The notes: generated from the sequence alone by a model not told the origin. 64,000 nt of DNA from Eledone cirrhosa (GCA_964016885.1 OZ024741.1:269576001-269640000), one strand, 5' to 3'. Numbered from the stretch's first letter, positions 27,472 through 43,626 are shown. Numbers and translations are program-made.

Positions 27472-30400
27472 TTACAGGATGGTATACAGAGAAGGCCCAT
27501 TTACACGAGCCATTCTCGCCACTATTACCCACCTTTCATAAAACTGCCTGTGGCCAAGCACCTCTCTCTCCATTCTTATCCTTCTTCCGAAGTGATATCG
27601 GAAGAAGTAGACCAGACTATGGCCAGAGAGGAAGTTGCCTGACCTCAGACCTTTCAATCGTGTCCACCAAACAACCTCTTTCAACATGGCTATTACGCAC
27701 AGAAAAACCGCCTTTGCTTCCTTTGTGAGGGGCGGCGGCTTGATTGTCATCACGGACTCGGCGGTCAATCGAATCGGCGCAACCCACGACAGCAGTTGTT
27801 CGGCGTAGCCCCACAGATCAGCCACGCCCGGACATTGCACCAATGCGTGCGCAACGGTTTCTTCGTGACGCACGCATCTAGGGCAAATCTTTTTCGAGGG
27901 ATCACTGCCCGAGCGCCCGTGTCTGTAGAGCTTTTCTCGAACGGGTAGAGCCCCACGGTAGCACTGCCAGGCCAGTGACTTCTGGAAGTTGTCCATTGGT
28001 CCCGGGCCGAAAGTCCTACCGAACAGGCTGGCCAGTTCGTCCTCTTCCATGTCCAGCGACTCTCCAAGGGTGTCATCGCCCCTGCTAGCCACCAGCCCTC
28101 TATAGAATGACGAGGTGGATTCTCCACCGATCGCCGGGTCCGCTTGCCAGAGAGCCCTGAGCGCCTGGGCACATTCAGTGTGCCAGTCGCCCAGTTTTTC
28201 GGATCTTTGCTTGACCCAGGATTGCAGCTCGGTGAGCGAGACTAGTCTCGGAAAGGCTCGTCTCACGAACGGAGTCCACACCGGTTGACCAGTGAGGAAT
28301 ACCTGTAGGTGCCGTAGCCTTAATCCGTGCCTACGCATCATCAACCACGGCATCCCCAGCCCTCCTTTCGAAGGTTGTTGGCAGCAGATGGATCTTCTCA
28401 CCATAGGAGGGCGCTTCTTCCAAAGAAATTGAAAGAGCATGCGTTCCATTGTGGTAAGTGTTTCCTTAGGGCAAGGCACGACAGTCAGGCGGTAGTAAGT
28501 GACGGACGCTATGTAAATGTTCGCCACCTCCGCCCGACCTTTTAGGGACAGCTTACACTTGGCCCATTTCTGGGTTAGTGCAAACACCTTGTTCGTAACC
28601 TCGCCCCAGTTCTTTTCCACCTGGAGGTCCGGTCCAAACCAGACCCCAAGCAACTTCACCGGGCCCTCCGTCCAGTGTCCGACGACACCGTCGGGAGGCA
28701 TCGGTCTGCCTCTCCACGTTCCCAGTTGCAGCCCGATGGATTTTTCCCGGTTCAGTTTCGCTCGTGACAACCTTTCGTATTCCTCCAGTAAGGTACCGAT
28801 GGCCTCGATCTCCGAGTCGGTCGATACCATTACTGTTACGTCATCGGCGTAGGCCGACACCGCTTTGCTCAATCCTGGTTCCAGGGGGATACCTTGCAAC
28901 AACTCCAACTTCCTCAGTAAAGGCTCGAGAGTCAATACGTACAGAAGGGAGGAGAGAGGGCACCCCTGTCGAATGGATCGTGTGATTTCGAACGGCTTCG
29001 AAAGGTAGCCGTTCACCTTGATCCTAGAACAGATGTGGTTGCTATGTAAGGCAGTGATCCAGCCTCTGAAAACAGGACCGAACCCAGCCGCCGCTAGCAC
29101 CGCATCCAGGTAACCATGGTCGACCTATCGAACGCCTTAGACTGATCCAAGTTGATCAGGGCCCCACCGAAGCCGGGTTTGTTGCCAACCCTCTCTATGA
29201 TGTATCGCATGAGGTGGAGGTTGTCGTGAATGGACCTGGATGGGATAGCACATGTCTGCGCATCTCCCACCAGGCCACCGACGACAAGCGCCAACCTCTT
29301 TGCTAACACCTTGGCCAAAATCTTTAACTCTGTGTTTAGCAGGGTTATGGGCCGAAAATTATTTATACTATCCCCCTTGTTCTCGTCCTTCCTCACCAGC
29401 GAGACTACGCCTTTGGCTACAGAACAAGGAATTCTCCCGTTCTGCTGCCAATTGCAGTAGACTGCTTCGAGGATTTCGGAGAAGAAGACCGGCATTGCTA
29501 AATAAAGTTCGTAAGGTATACCATCGAGACCTGGAGATTTGCGTCTGCTGCATTGGCTCAGCGCATCCCCGATCTCATCAGCCGAGATTGGTCCCTCGCA
29601 GGACTCTGCCTCTTCGCTCGAGAGACGCGGCAGGCCGTCGAGGAATGGACCGAAATCCACGTCCCCTCCCGGACCCTCGCCTTCCCCAAGGCCGTCCTCG
29701 ATGCCAGCACTCTGGCCACATCTTCGCTCTTGATTGCCTCTTCTAATTTACCTGTTAATTCTTTCTCGTTCCTATTCCTATCGGCAGCTAACATCTTGCT
29801 ATAACTTATTGATTCAGTTCTAATCTCTCTTTTGAGAGATGCCCACCATCGGTTGTTGACGATTGCACCCGTCAACCTCTCCTTAACTAATCTGCTAATC
29901 CGGTTTCTGTAAGCCTCTTTTGCCGGTAAAGACAAATTAAGTTTCCAGTAACCGGGACCCTGTCTATGTGTTTTCTCGAGATTGACTACGCAGGTCACTA
30001 ATTTGTGATCCGTATAGCCAACCGTGAGCATTTCTGGACAGCTTAATATGTCCCTATCCTTACTTCTAACTAAGAATCTATCTAAGTACGATCTAGATTG
30101 ACCACTATGGTTCGTCCAAGTCCAGGTTGGCACAGTTGGAAAATCTAGTCGATATCTATCGACCAAGTTAAAACGGTCGAGTAACCCCTTGAGGCTGTTA
30201 CACCCCCCTCTATTAGGACATGCTCCTGCATAGTCCCAACGTGCATCTAGAATGTCATTCCAATTCCCCGCTAGAAGCAGGGAACGCGACGTTCCCAGAG
30301 AAGTCTCCAGACGCTGGAAGAAGTCGGGTCGTTCAGCTCCGAAAGGGGAGTAGACGGCAACCAGTCTCAAGGCCGCACCTTCACTACTGCCAACGTCTAG

Positions 30401-30684
30401 CACCAACAAACGACCTTCCGGGTCCGAGTGAACAACCTGTACGGCGAGACCCAGGTGTTTTTCCAGCAGTACGACAACCCCACCCCACCTCCAGGTTTAC
30501 AGAGAGATGCATGCAACACAAAGTCATCGAAGGTAGGGGCCAGCTGCCGCACGACGCTGATCCCAGTCTCACAGATAACCATTACATTTATACCACGTGA
30601 CCTGAGGTCATTTAGAAGCTTTGCTTGCTTCCAAGTTGAGCCCAGGCCACGTGCATTCAAACATCCTACTCTTAACACATCCAT
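27472..30684 (-). pseudogene. Tx1 ORF2 (AP endonuclease + reverse transcriptase + C-terminal zinc finger), three frameshifts near 30400, 29660 and 29100
   Basis: CLNARGL, ICET, AGNWN, SYLDRF, YTDH; KSPGLDG, FRPITLLN, DQSKAFDR, RQGCPLS, AYADDV; CPRC..EETVAHALVQC. Confidence 0.95.
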
Positions 30685-30717
30685 GTGGGCGGCAAAGCCA
30701 AAGGAGAGTGTAGAGAC

Positions 30718-32404
30718 CTACCTTTCTGCTTCCCGGGGTTCGGGTCGCACGACTTCCATGGGGTCGGGGGTGTTGGGTGAAGGGGTGTCTTGTGGTGGTG
30801 TGGGGTCGTCAGTGTGTGGTGGGGTTGGGGTTTTTGGAGTCGTGTTGGGGAGGGGAAGGGGAGGGGGAAAGATTTTTAGGAGGACGCGGTTTATGGGTTT
30901 GACGACAGAGGGTGGTCTTACGTCCTCCTTAAAATCCTTTTTTAGTTTTTGGTAGAGGTTCATTGGGATCTTTATTAATTTTAAATGTGGGTAGTTTTCT
31001 GAAGAAACAAAGTTTACCCCTTCGGTTTGTACCGAAGGGTTATTGTTTATGAGTTCATTTAATTTATTATTGTTTCTGTTGATGTAAGTATAGTGTAATG
31101 TCTTTTTTTCGGATGGTGTGAGTGTTTCGAAGAGGGGAGGGGCAGGTTTGGTTTTGTTTGTTGCTGGAGGGGTGTTTTGTGTTTTGTTGGATTGTGTTGA
31201 CATTTGGGTAGGGGTTGTTTGGCCTTGTGTCTTATGCACATGTTTTCTTTTTTTTCCTTTTAATCTGTCTGAAGGACTCCGTTTCTTCCTCCGAATTCGT
31301 TGCGTTATCTTCAGTGTTGGAGGGAAGAGGTATGTTTGGTGGCAATGTTTCCGTGTTGGTTTTCTTTGTGGGGGAGATGGATGTCACTATGTTAGACTGT
31401 GTTGTGTGTTGTGGCTGCGGTGGTTGTGTTGTTTTATTAAGTGAGGGGTTGGGTGGGACTGTGTTTTGTTTTTGGGTAATGTGTTGTGTCTGTTTGTGTT
31501 GTGGTGGTGGTGTAGTTTTACTGAGGGACGGGTTGGGTGGGACTGAGTTTTGTTGTTTGTTTATCTGTTGTGGTGGTGGTGGAGCTGGTGTTGGTAGCAT
31601 GGTTTTCTTCTTGTTGAGTTGGGGACAAGCCGCCTTCAGGTGCCCTCTGCCTGCACAGATATGACAGGACGGCCTTCTCCCCCCCACGCTAATGTTTATA
31701 TACCCGTGGCCCTCTAATAGGATTCTGTCGGGTATTTGGGCAATGCGTTCAGGCTTCATTTGCATTACAAGTTCTATACCTGTTCCACTGAACGTATTGC
31801 CTGTCGTTTTTCCAAAGGAAATCACGCTGTCATTCGCTGGATCGATGAAGCCAGCTATGAGCCAGCAAGAGTCCGCATCTGGCATCATCGCATCCAGCCA
31901 TATGCGCTGAGTTCTTTTACCCATATAAGATGGATAAAAGGTAAAATTTGTCGAACCAATCGGCGACAAAGCACATTTTTTTGCCGCCGATTCGTTCTTC
32001 ATAATAATCGCTAGGCTTCCATACAGTCTGTCTCTTCTTATGAAAGTGGTTTCATTAAGTACTTCTGTAAGTACTGCTTTGATTTCTGTTTGTGTTGGCT
32101 GTTGAGGTTTTTTAGAAATGTTGTTGATGGTGCGGAAAACGACCGTCCGACTTTCAATGTCTTTGGTGAGTTCTTGAGGCATTTTTACCGATAAAATACC
32201 ATTTTCCCCTTGAGTTATGTATTGTTTGGCGTCTTTAATTCTTTGTGCCACATCTGAAATATTTTCAGGTATATATGTCAAAGATTTCTTTGTTGTTTGT
32301 GCAAATGAAATATTATTGGTGTTGACTTTGCTTTCTGTTATGATGTTGTTTTCAAATGTTATTTTTGTGTTTGTTGTCTTTGTTTGTGGTATTAATATTG
32401 TCAT
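30718..32404 (-). pseudogene. Tx1 ORF1 (CCHC knuckle), frameshifted near 31240; true start may lie upstream near 32616
   Basis: CHICAGRGHLKAAC; 30718-31239 continues the homology with ORF1 at 1-1629; breaks lie at or near poly-A runs. Confidence 0.85.
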
Positions 32405-32842
32405 GCAATTTTTCTAATTTTTTTTTTTTTTGTTGTTGGAATCAATATCCAGATTTGTGTTTTCGTCATTTTTCTCCGCAGATTCGTCTGTTTTTATTTT
32501 ATTTTTTCTTTCCTTCTCTCTGACGTTAGTTGGGAAGGAAGGGGGACTAAAGCGTGCGAGCTTACAACTCTTACCGCTGTCTCCCCACCACTATTTTCGT
32601 TAGCTTCGTTTAACATTTCTGTCAGACGATTGAAATTTTTTATGCCACAACATTTTTAAAAACAGGTTTTTCACCCCTGGGAGGGGCGAAGATGAGCTGA
32701 CCCACCGCCTGACAATTCAGACGGGGGGTCAAGCTACACAATAGTATCAAAATTGAAATTAAACTTACAAAATTTCCGCAATAAATTAGAACAAAACTTC
32801 TGCGCGAAGTGAATTACGTCTACGCTGTCGAACAGACGCCTC

Positions 32843-32848
32843 TAGATT

Positions 32849-32892
<44 letters not shown>

Positions 32893-32893
32893 T

Positions 32894-32979
<86 letters not shown>
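32843..32979. repeat. (GATA)n microsatellite
   Basis: Direct reading. Confidence 0.97.
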
Positions 32980-33675
32980 CCCGAGCAATTTCACCGGTCC
33001 TTCTGCCCAGCGTCCAACGACGCTGTTGGACAGCATGGGTTTACCTCTCCATGTTCCGAGTTGCAAACCGACAGACTTGTTCGGGTTCAATTTCGCTCCT
33101 GTCAAAGTTTCGTATTCCTGTAATAGATTGCCTATTACCCCGATTTCCGAGGTTTTCGACACCATTACGGTCACGTTGTCGGCATAGACAGACTTTTCGC
33201 AGTCCTGATTCCATCGGGATGCCCTGCAATAGCTTTAACTTCTGCAGTAGTGGCCCGAGAGTCAGCACATACAGAATGGAGGAGAGAGAGGGCATCATTG
33301 ATGGATGGAACGCATAATTTGAAATGGCTCCGACAGGTAGCTATTTACCTTGACTGCCGAGCAGATGTTGCTGTGCATTCGGCGATCCAGCCTCTGAAGA
33401 CTGGACCGAAACCGGCCGCCTTGAAAACCGCTTCCAAGTATTGATGGCCGACCCTATCAAATGCCTTAGATTGATCTAAATTTATCAGAGCTCCACTGAA
33501 GCCAGGTTCACACCAACCCTCTCTATAATGTATCGCATGAGGCGGAGGTTATCGTGTATGGACCTGGTCGTTGCTAACACCTTAGCCAAAATCTTCAACT
33601 CTGTGTTAAGCAGAGTTTTAGGTGGCCTGAAGTTGCTTATCTTACCCCCCTTGTTCACATCTTTCCTGATCAGCG
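32978..33675 (-). mobile_element. Internal Tx1 RT fragment with deletions, bounded by (GATA)n
   Basis: LLNTELKILAKVLA, SIHDNLRLMRYIIERVG, SVGLQLGTWRG, EGPVKLLG match ORF2. Confidence 0.88.
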
Positions 33676-34081
33676 TAGATAGATAGATAAATAGACAGAT
33701 GGTGGCTTTTAGATCTATCAATTACTGTCAGATTTTTGGTCGCTAATGAGGTCTAATATGACAGAAACTTGTCATGTCTTGCTCCTGTAGTACTAAATAT
33801 CAGACACACTACTACCAGCCTTCCATATTTAACCAATTATAATTAATGTTTTACGATTCTTTCTTCGAAAAGATTTTTAAACGTGACTGACTTAGACATT
33901 AAGAAATGGTTTAAATCTTACCACTAACAACGTAATTTCAATACATTAAAATTTCTTACTATATGCATAAATATAATTATAGAGGCTGACAGCGATAAAT
34001 AATTAGATAGTTAATGCTGGTAGATATTTAGTTTAGGCAGAAATTATAAGTAGATATGTAGGTAGATAGATAGATAGATAG

Positions 34082-34172
34082 ATTTGTTTATTTGCCACAA
34101 GGGCGCACAAGAAATGGAACATTATAAGACAATGGACAGGGGGGTTTACATGGAAGCTAGCTAGCTAGCTAT

Positions 34173-34224
<52 letters not shown>

Positions 34225-34509
34225 ATTTCTTTATTAGCCACAAGGGCATAAAAGAAGGGGGCGAATACAAATGGGGAGTTTACATACAGGTATATGAAAA
34301 TAAAACTATTAATAAAATAAGAAATAACAATTGAAATCCCCAATAGGGGGGAGGTGTTACACAGGGGTTGTACACACCCCGAAAAAATGTACAACACTCA
34401 TCGCCAGGAGCACCAAGAGTGAGTATTGCCCTCCCCTCTTCCTCTTTTTATTCAACCTACAGGCTTATATAGAGAGAAGGCTCAACCACTCGGGCCATCT
34501 TTGCCACAA
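34082..34509 (-). mobile_element. Two short Tx1 3'-end insertions (34082-34152, 34225-34509) separated and flanked by (GATA)n
   Basis: CCCTTGTGGC(A/T)AATAAA ends; [17 protein letters not shown]-terminus. Confidence 0.8.
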
Positions 34510-34755
34510 TAGATAGATGTAGGTAGATAGGTAGATAGGTAGGTAGGTAGATAGGTAGGTAGGTAGGGAGGTAGATAGGTAGGTAGGTAGGTAGGTAGGT
34601 AGGTCGGTAGGTAGGTAGGTAGGTAGGTAGGTAGGTAGGTAGGTAGGTAGATAGGTAGGGAGGTAGGTAGATAGGTAGATAGCTAGATAGGTAGGTAGGT
34701 AGGTAGGTAGGTAGGTAGGTAGGTAGGTAGGTAGGTAGGTAGGTGGGTAGGTAGA
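34510..34755. repeat. (TAGG)n/(TAGA)n microsatellite
   Basis: Direct reading. Confidence 0.95.
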
Positions 34756-34970
34756 AAGCAAGATGGAATGAATATAAGAAAGCTAAAACAGATTTAAAGA
34801 GGTAACTACAAAATGAAGTAAGAACATGCAAATTTCGTAGACAGTTTTATTTGAAGTAAAATCTATAAAGCCATGTGTAGATGGCTGTATAGTCTTATGT
34901 TTTATTTATAAACAATAACAGATGCATTATTTTATTGTCGTTCATTCAGATAGGCAAGCTCTCTCTCTCT

Positions 34971-35001
<31 letters not shown>

Positions 35002-35003
35002 GT

Positions 35004-36106
<1,103 letters not shown>

Positions 36107-36127
36107 CTGTATATATATATGTGTGTG

Positions 36128-36212
<85 letters not shown>

Positions 36213-36409
36213 GTATATATATATTGGTAAACGGAATAGAAAATGCTGACAAATTGTTCACAGTGAAAAATAGTTTAATTAGGAATAAGTGAGAATTAGT
36301 AATTGTATTGGTTAGTATTCAGTTTTGGTTTTAAGTCTTACCGGTTGCGCATTTCTAATGCTTTTCAAAAATAAATTTGAGATAGAGCGTCCGTGTTGTT
36401 TGCCTTGAT

Positions 36410-37169
<760 letters not shown>

Positions 37170-37293
37170 AGGAGGTGAGTTTTATTGTAGTACAATAAAG
37201 CAATGCAGATATCGGATAAGAAGCACTCTACAGTTTGTGGGACTGGAGTATACATAATATATAAGAACAAAAGATGCTTAAAGGAGTTCCAAG

Positions 37294-37364
37294 TATTTTA
37301 TTATGCGCATTTCAAAAACAAATATCATTATGCAATAATATTTGTGTTTTCATCAGATAAAACA
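37294..37364 (-). ncRNA. Type I hammerhead ribozyme of element B (left arm)
   Basis: TGTTTTAT-CTGATGA-long AU-rich stem II-GAAA-TGCGCA-TA-ATAAAATA. Confidence 0.85.
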
Positions 37365-40300
37365 GGAGGACATGATATGAAGGCTAAAAAACACTTGTGG
37401 TTTTAAATCAACATATGAGAAGTAGTTTTAGATTGATGTGTGATATTGGGAAAAATATTTTATTTAGAGGAGGGAGGATGAAAAAAAGAGGAGGAGATGA
37501 CAGTGAAGGTGGAGAGGGAGGAGTATAGTGAGGAAGGATGAGATAGGAGGAGAGATGGGTGATAGAGAGAGAGAGATAGTAGTTTTTATAACTGAGAAAG
37601 ATATGTTTTACATAGAGAGGTTGAAAACCGTTGGAAGATAATGTATAAATTAAAAGAATTTGAAAATTAACGAAGAGAAAAAGAGAAAAATATGTGCGAG
37701 AAAAAAGAAGGAGTTAATATGTATTGAGAATAATGAGTTAGATGATAGGGAGAAAAGAATAATGAATTGCGGATGAATATTCTAACGTCAAAAAAAAATG
37801 TATATGTTTACGAAGGATTTTTATAAGGTGATATAGAGTAAGAATGTGTTGTATTATGTAATAATTGATTCTATGTTAGGCAAGAGTGAGAAAAGGTACA
37901 GATTAGGGGTTAGATATTAGAAGAGAAGAAAAGGAAGTGATAAATATGGGTGATGTAGAAAGAGTCAACAAGTATTATGTAAATTTGAAAATTAACGAAG
38001 AGAAAAATAATGTAAATTTAAGGTTTGTATATTGAAGGATTTGAGAAAAATAATGTAAAATTAAGGTTTGTATATTGAAGAATTTGATAATATGTGCGAA
38101 GAAAAAGAAAATGTTAATATGCATTGAGAATAATGAGTTAGATGATAGGGAGAAAAGAATAATGAATCGAGGATGAATAATCTAGCGTCAAAAAAAATGT
38201 ATATGTTTACGAAGGATTTTACAAGTTGATATAGAGTAAGAGTAATGAGTAAACACGTATTATAGAATGTATAAACCTTTGAAATAAGGTAGAAAGATGG
38301 GTATATTTTTAAAAGAAGTGTATATATATGTGCCTTTGAGAAAAAGATTCTAAATTGATAAAGAATTGAATATTAGCTGTATACTTTGTGAAATGTCCTA
38401 TGGAATTTATGCAAGCAGATAGAAAACAAGTCAGTGCGTCTATTTATTATAGAATCTAGATTAGAGATAATGGTAAATTTTTCATTTAGACAGAGATTGC
38501 AGATTTTAGATAGAGAACTGTTCAAGTTGAAGACGCAGAAGAAACCTTCTTCCAAAAGATGCTATATTTAATGTTTTTGTCTTTCAAGGACCATATGAGT
38601 TCTGAGAGAGCCGTGTTGGTTCTTTTAAGTTTGTATTTAAAAGATGAATGATGGTTATAAAGACGAGCTTTAAAAGAGGTGGAAGTGGAGCCAAAATAGG
38701 TGAAGGAATTGGTGTCAGTTATAACTTTACATTCGTAAATTAAGTTTTTATTAAGACGATGGTTGTTGAGAGGACATTTATTTTTAATAGGGCAATTGCA
38801 ATTGCAATTAGAGAGATTATTAATGAGTGACCTAGTGTTATCTATAGAAGGAATTGGATTGGAGAAGTTGTTTGCGATAGGAATAATAGTTTCTTGATTT
38901 AGAGTGGGATTATGAACATTTAGCGAAGTTGTGTTTGACGTTGTATTTGGGTTTGTAGAAATTAGCCTAGGGTTTACAATGACGTCGGGAGTATCAAATT
39001 CAATTTTTAGGTTATGTTGGTTAAAGAGATTACGTATATTGTTCTTAATAATATTAAGGTTAACTATATTGCAATTTAAGATAGTAAAGAGTCCATCGTC
39101 ACGATAAATTCCACCGCGAAGTTGAGGAATTTTCCGACTCAAAGAGTTCAAAATAAAGATACCAATTAAATCAGTCAAAAAAAAATTGAATTTGATAACA
39201 GTATCAAACTAGCTAATTTCTTGGATGTATCTCTTAATATTGACACTGGCCTATATTACCCTTACCATAAAAACAATGAGAACCTAAATTATGTTAACTT
39301 TAAATCTAACCATCCTACTAATATCAAGAATGCTATAGTTAGTAATATTGGAAAAAGAATATCTAACCTATCTTCTAATAAAACATCTTTGATGCTAACG
39401 CCAATTACTATAATAACGCGCTTTCTAAAGCCGGCTATCCTGATAAAATCAAATATAGTAAAGAAACAAATTCTAGTAGAACTTACAGTAGAATAATTAA
39501 TCATGATCATTCCAATAACTTTAACAAAAGACCTAGATACAAAAACATAATCTGGTATAATGCTCCTTTCTCCATCTCTATTAATAACAATATTCCTAAA
39601 TTATTCTTTAGTGCCTTAAATAAATGCTTCCCTCCCTCACATATCTATAGTAAAATATTTAACAAACACACCATAAAATTTTCTTATTCTACATCCTCCA
39701 ACATTTCCAACATTATCTCTAAACACAACAATAAAATACTAAATACTAAATCTCTTCCTTCCAACACTGAATTTCATAATAATAGTACTCCCGACGTCAT
39801 TGTAAACCCTAGGCTAATTTCTACAAACCCAAATACAACGTCAAACACAACTTCGCTAAATGTTCATAATCCCACTCTAAATCAAGAAACTATTATTCCT
39901 ATCGCAAACAACTTCTCCAATCCAATTCCTTCTATAGATAACACTAGGTCACTCATTAACAATCTCTCTAATTGCAATTGCAATTGCCCTATTAAAAATA
40001 AATGTCCTCTCAACAACCATTGTCTTAATAAAAACTTAATTTACGAATGTAAAGTTATAACTGACACCAATTCCTTCACCTATTTTGGCTCCACTTCCAC
40101 CTCTTTTAAAGCTCGTCTTTATAACCATCATTCATCTTTTAAATACAAACTTAAAAGAACCAACACGGCTCTCTCAGAACTCATATGGTCCTTGAAAGAC
40201 AAAAACATTAAATATAGCATCTTTTGGAAGAAGGTTTCTTCTGCGTCTTCAACTTGAACAGTTCTCTATCTAAAATCTGCAATCTCTGTCTAAATGAAAA

Positions 40301-41420
40301 ATTTACCATTATCTCTAATCTAGATTCTATAATAAATAGACGCACTGACTTGTTTTCTATCTGCTTGCATAAATTCCATAGGACATTTCACAAAGTATAC
40401 AGCTAATATTCAATTCTTTATCAATTTAGAATCTTTTTCTCAAAGGCACATATATATACACTTCTTTTAAAAATATACCCATCTTTCTACCTTATTTCAA
40501 AGGTTTATACATTCTATAATACTTGTTTACTCATTACTCTTACTCTATAAAATCCTTCGTAAACATATACATTTTTTTTGACGCTAGATTATTCATCCTC
40601 GATTCATTATTCTTTTCTCCCTATCATCTAACTCATTATTCTCAATGAATATTAACATTTTCTTTTTCTTCGCACATATTATCAAATTCTTCAATATACA
40701 AACCTTAATTTTACATTATTTTTCTCAAATCCTTCAATATACAAACCTTAAATTTACATTATTTTTCTCTTCGTTAATTTTCAAATTTACATAATACTTG
40801 TTGACTCTTTCTACATCACCCATATTTATCACTTCCTTTTCTTCTCTTCTAATATCTAACCCCTAATCTGTACCTTTTCTCACTCTTGCCTAACATAGAA
40901 TCAATTATTACATAATACAACACATTCTTACTCTATATCACCTTATAAAAATCCTTCGTAAACATATACAATTTTTTTTGACGTTAGAATATTCATCCGC
41001 AATTCATTATTCTTTTCTCCCTATCATCTAACTCATTATTCTCAATACATATTAACTCCTTCTTTTTTCTTCGCACATATTTTTCTCTTTTTCTCTTCGT
41101 TAATTTTCAAATTCTTTTAATTTATACATTATCTTCCAACGGTTTTCAACCTCTCTATGTAAAACAATATATCTTTCTCAGTTATAAAAACTACTATCTC
41201 TCTCTCTCTATCACCCATCTCTCCTCCTATCTCATCCTTCCTCACTATACTCCTCCCTCTCCACCTTCACTGTCATCTCCTCCTTTTTTTTCATCCTTTC
41301 CACCCCCCTCTAAATAAAATATTTTCCCAATATCACACATCAATCTAAAACTACTTCTCATATGTTGATTTAAAACTGAACTATCCACAAGTGTTTTTTA
41401 GCCTTCATATCATGTCCTCC

Positions 41421-41491
41421 TGTTTTATCTGATGAAAACACAAATATTATAGAATGATGATATTTGTTTTTGAAATGCGCATAACAAAATA
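41421..41491 (+). ncRNA. Type I hammerhead ribozyme of element B (right arm)
   Basis: Same motif with one mismatch in stem I (ACAAAATA). Confidence 0.8.
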
Positions 41492-41532
41492 CATGGAACT
41501 CCTTTAACCATCTTTTGTTCTTATATATTATA

Positions 41533-41704
<172 letters not shown>

Positions 41705-41834
41705 CAAAAGTTCTATTTAATGTTGCTGGGATACAACAAGTAAATATTTTTATAACTGATATAAAGCACTCAACAAGTTTTTGGAGTAGATATACGATAT
41801 TAATAAATGGAAACTATATTTATAAAACCATATT

Positions 41835-41899
41835 TATTTCATTATACATATTTCAGGGATACCATATTAAATTATGGTATGCCTTCATCAGACAAAATA
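41835..41899 (-). ncRNA. Type I hammerhead ribozyme of element A
   Basis: TATTTTGT-CTGATGA-AGGCATACCATA..TATGGTATCCCT-GAAA-TATGTA-TA-ATGAAATA. Confidence 0.85.
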
Positions 41900-43626
41900 C
41901 AATATATAACAGTTTTACAAATAGATTTGACGTACCCTTTTAAATACAACCATTACTTTTGGAGGCTGTCTGGATAGTGAATTGTTTATATTGTTTTAAT
42001 AAGTCATAGTGTTAAGCACAATTAGAAAAAGACGGAGATAAAGAAAAAGAAAAAAGACGGAGAGAGAGAAAAAAAAAGACAGAGAGAGAGAAAAGAGAGA
42101 AAGAAAGAAAACCTGGAGAAATATCGGAGAGAGAGAGAATTGTATGCAGAAAAGAAAGAGATAAATAAAGATAGGGGGGAAATAAAAAATAAAAAATAAA
42201 AGATAAAAAATAAAAAGTAAAAAATAAAAAATAAAAAATAAAAAATAAAAAATAAAATATAAAAAATAAAAAATAAAAAATAAAAAATAAAAAATAAAAA
42301 ATAAAAAATAAAAAAAATAAAAAAGAAAGAAAAGGAAGAAATAAGAAAAACAAATGAAAGCAACAGAGAGATATCAAGTCATCATACAGAGGCAAAACCC
42401 AAGAGAGAGAAATACTATATGGAGAGAGGGGGGACAATGAACACTTTACGTCTTGTCATATTAAGTTGAGTTAACAATTTATATGAAATGAATAATAAAA
42501 ATATAAGTATCAATATTCATGAATGGGACATAGATATATAATATGAGAAATTAAACATTGTTCAATAGTGACTATATGTCTAGTTTAGAAACTTGAGATC
42601 AATATATCAAAATCTGAGTTCAAAATGTACCCTTGCTATAGAGATCAGTATTTTATGCAAAGACATACAAATATATATGTGTATATATATATACACATAG
42701 ATACGCACGTCCTGAAAATAGAAATTATGTTTAACTCAAGCCAACAATATAGCCATACAAAACGTAAATGACTTCTCTTAATCATTGCTATGCATTCTTT
42801 GTGTCATAAAAATTTCACAGTATATATGTACAAATATATACGATTAACATTCATGTCCTCATATATACGATTACCATTCATGTGTTTAATATTATGCATA
42901 TCTGCAACATACCTCCCAACCACATATATATATATACACATACATATATACACATATATATGTATAAATAAATATTTGCGTGCGTCGTCACGCATCACTC
43001 ATGTATATATACAGACATATATAGACACAAAAAAAACCTATAACACTTTTTATGCATGTTAATATACACATATGCATTTGCATAGAGATAATCAAATATC
43101 AATATATTACTAAAGGACTATAACTTGTAAACATAACCAGAACAAAATAAATTTAAAATACCAAAGGATTATTTTGGAAATGCAGCTATAACAGTATAGA
43201 CAAAAGAAATCCAGAAATATCAAAGCATTAAATATCTTTAAAACACTATAAAATAATATGTTTTATATATTTAGCATAGAAATTTATCCTACGTATATCT
43301 CAATCAAGATATTGAAAGGGTAGACATATGAAAGTTATGAGAAGCTATCATAATCAAAACAAATAAATAAAAATAATTTAAAAGATTTAAAAAAATTAAA
43401 AAAAAATTAAAAAAAAAACCAATGATTTTACAGATAACCTTATATTTAGTATAGAAATTTACCTTACGTATATTTTATTTAATACATTGGAAGTATAGAC
43501 ATTTTAGAGTAGTTTATTATATCCTTGTTTATATTTAGGAAGAAAGTTTAAAAAGAAAAAGGTGAGGAAATCTAATGATTTATCGACAGGTTCCATATAT
43601 TAACTAAAATTACTTAATTATTTATA

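Larger units (their letters stand above)
27253..32842 (-). mobile_element. Near full-length Tx1-clade LINE, about 5.6 kb, inserted in (GATA)n
   Basis: ORF1 with CCHC knuckle, ORF2 with APE-RT-CCHC, 3' end AATAAAGAAATA running directly into (TATC)n, 5' end next to (GATA)n at 32843-32979. Confidence 0.95.
37170..41525. mobile_element. Penelope-like (Naiad-type) element B: two 5'-truncated copies in inverted, divergent arrangement (minus arm 37170-39178, plus arm 39180-41525)
   Basis: GIYRDDG, NFLDV, SNHP, CPLNNHCL..LIY..YFGST..FKARLYNH; about 37255-38992 is the reverse complement of about 39787-41530; frameshifted. Confidence 0.92.
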
